Part shown: positions 62,517 to 64,000 of the stretch, piece after piece
How the letters are laid out: each line of letters starts with the position of its first letter
Numbering within the stretch: position 1 is the first letter of the stretch
Assembly: GCA_964016885.1 (NCBI GenBank)
Contig: OZ024740.1
Location: 224,626,001 to 224,690,000, forward strand
Length of the DNA stretch: 64,000 nucleotides
Source of the DNA: Eledone cirrhosa
Lineage: Eukaryota
Reading direction: 5' to 3'
Notes under the pieces: generated by a model
What the model was told of the DNA's origin: nothing
The model's input: only the letters and a program-made list of their open reading frames with translations
The model's database searches: none
Program-made: the position numbers and the translations under genes

Positions 62517-62753
62517 TTCTTTTCAAAGAAATTTTTGGATAATAATAAAAGTTAAAATTTTGGGCACAAGGCCCCAATCTTTTTGGGTGTCCTTTTCGGA
62601 AAACAATGTATGTGTGCTTATAAACAGTTTACAATAAAATTTTCCATAAATGGCAATTTTTAAACAAAGGGAAATAACAAACCTTTGCGGAGCTCACGAT
62701 AATACGATTTCCTACGTAGGTCGCCAATAATAATAATAATAATAATAATAATA

Positions 62754-64000
62754 GAGTTTGGACTGGATAAATGCGCCAAAGCAACGTTCACCAGAGGAAA
62801 GCTGCTGAAGAGTTCAGACATTAATCTTGATCGGCCGAACGTGATAAGAGAGCTTGATCAAGAAAAAACTTACAAATATCTAGGTGTTTGTGAAGGAGAC
62901 GGAATCAAGCACTCGACAATGAGGGAAAGGATAAGGAAGGAATGTTACCGCAGAGTCAGAGCAATCTTAAGAACGGAATTGAATGCAAGGAATAGGATCG
63001 ATGCCATAAACACGCTTGCCATACCAGTAGTAACCTACAGTTACAATGTCATCAACTGGTCAAGCACAGAGGTCCGTAGGCTCGATACAAAAATCCGAAA
63101 ATTCTTAACCATGCACAGAATGCATCACCCTAAGGCAGACATAGATAGAATATATCTCCCTAGGAAAGAAGGTGGACGTGGGTTAATCCAGTTAGACATT
63201 GCGTTGAAAACTGCAACAATTGGATTATCCACATATCTAAGGGAATCACATGATTGGATGATCAAACTCGTTTTGAAACACGAAAGCACCAACAGATCAT
63301 ATTCCATTACAAAAGATGCACAAAGATACAGTAATGGACTACACATTTCAGAAGTCCCATTTACTGCTGAAATGGAAAACACAGAAAAAGCAAAGCAGGT
63401 AAAAGTAACTGCAAAGAAAGAACTGCTACAGAAACTGGCTAAGAAATGGCAAGAAAAGCCTCTGTATGGAAAATACCCAGAGCGAGCTAACAATCCTGAT
63501 GTTGACAAAACTTTAACCCATCAGTGGTTGGCATCCTCTGGACTGAAATCGGAGACTGAAGGACTGATTATATCGGCACAAGATCAGTGTCTGCCAACAA
63601 AAAATTACCAACCCAACATAATAAAAAATGGGTGCAGCCCATTATGCCGTGTATGCAAAAAACAACCAGAGACCATTGACCATATAATTTCAATGTGCAG
63701 TCCTATAGCTCCAACCGAATACCTAAACAGGCATGACAGAGCTGCACAATACATACATTGGATAATGTGTAAGCATTTTGACATGCCCCATCAAAAGAAT
63801 TGGTGGGAGCATCAACCACCTCCCATACTTGAAAAAGATCACATCTCAATCTTGTGGAACTTTAGCATCCACACAGACCGAAAAATAGATGCAAATAGAC
63901 CTGATATAATATTGAAGGACTTTCAAAGGAGGGTATGCCTGCTAATTGATATGTCTGTTCCAATAGACAAGAATGTATCTATAAAAACATTTGAAAAATT
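62754..64000 (+). mobile_element. 5'-truncated R4/Dong-clade retrotransposon ORF (RT C-terminus, CCHC, RLE), open to the window end
   Basis: EFGLDKCA..YKYLGV..AINTLAIPVVTYS..HHPKADIDRIYLPRKEGGRGL..ETEGLIISAQDQ..CRVC..ETIDHIISMC..RHD..NRPDII..LIDMSVP; begins directly after (AAT)n. Confidence 0.92.

Larger units (their letters stand above)
57183..62725 (-). mobile_element. Near full-length Tx1/L1-group LINE inserted in (AAT)n
   Basis: 5'UTR, ORF1, ORF2 and 3'UTR with AATAAA near the end; (AAT)n at 57148-57182 and 62726-62753. Confidence 0.95.

Overview
This is AT-rich, microsatellite-saturated animal genomic DNA, intergenic or intronic; I could not support any host protein-coding exon. The repeat repertoire (tRNA-derived Nin-domain and CORE-like SINEs, RTE LINEs, Penelope-like elements, dense (TA)n/(CA)n/(AAT)n tracts) resembles a coleoid cephalopod such as Octopus, which is an inference. 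Almost all recognisable sequence is retrotransposon-derived. (1) Tx1/L1-group LINEs lie on the minus strand, including a near full-length copy at 57183-62725, with most ends bounded by (AAT)n. (2) R4/Dong-type RLE LINE fragments use the same (AAT)n tracts, mostly in the opposite orientation. (3) RTE LINEs carry a PHD-like finger inside the RT ORF. (4) Penelope-like RT/GIY-YIG remnants are present. (5) There are many SINEs, several with clear TSDs. Two signals stand out. The first is a hidden layer of about 13 minimal type-I hammerhead ribozyme motifs in 7-8 different non-coding repeat families; these occur as partial tandem and inverted copies in (TA)n and resemble Penelope pLTRs or retrozymes. 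The second is an apparent (AAT)n-targeting guild, in which a Nin-domain SINE shares its 3' tail with the Tx1 LINE. Coordinates were read by eye and may be off by a few bases.
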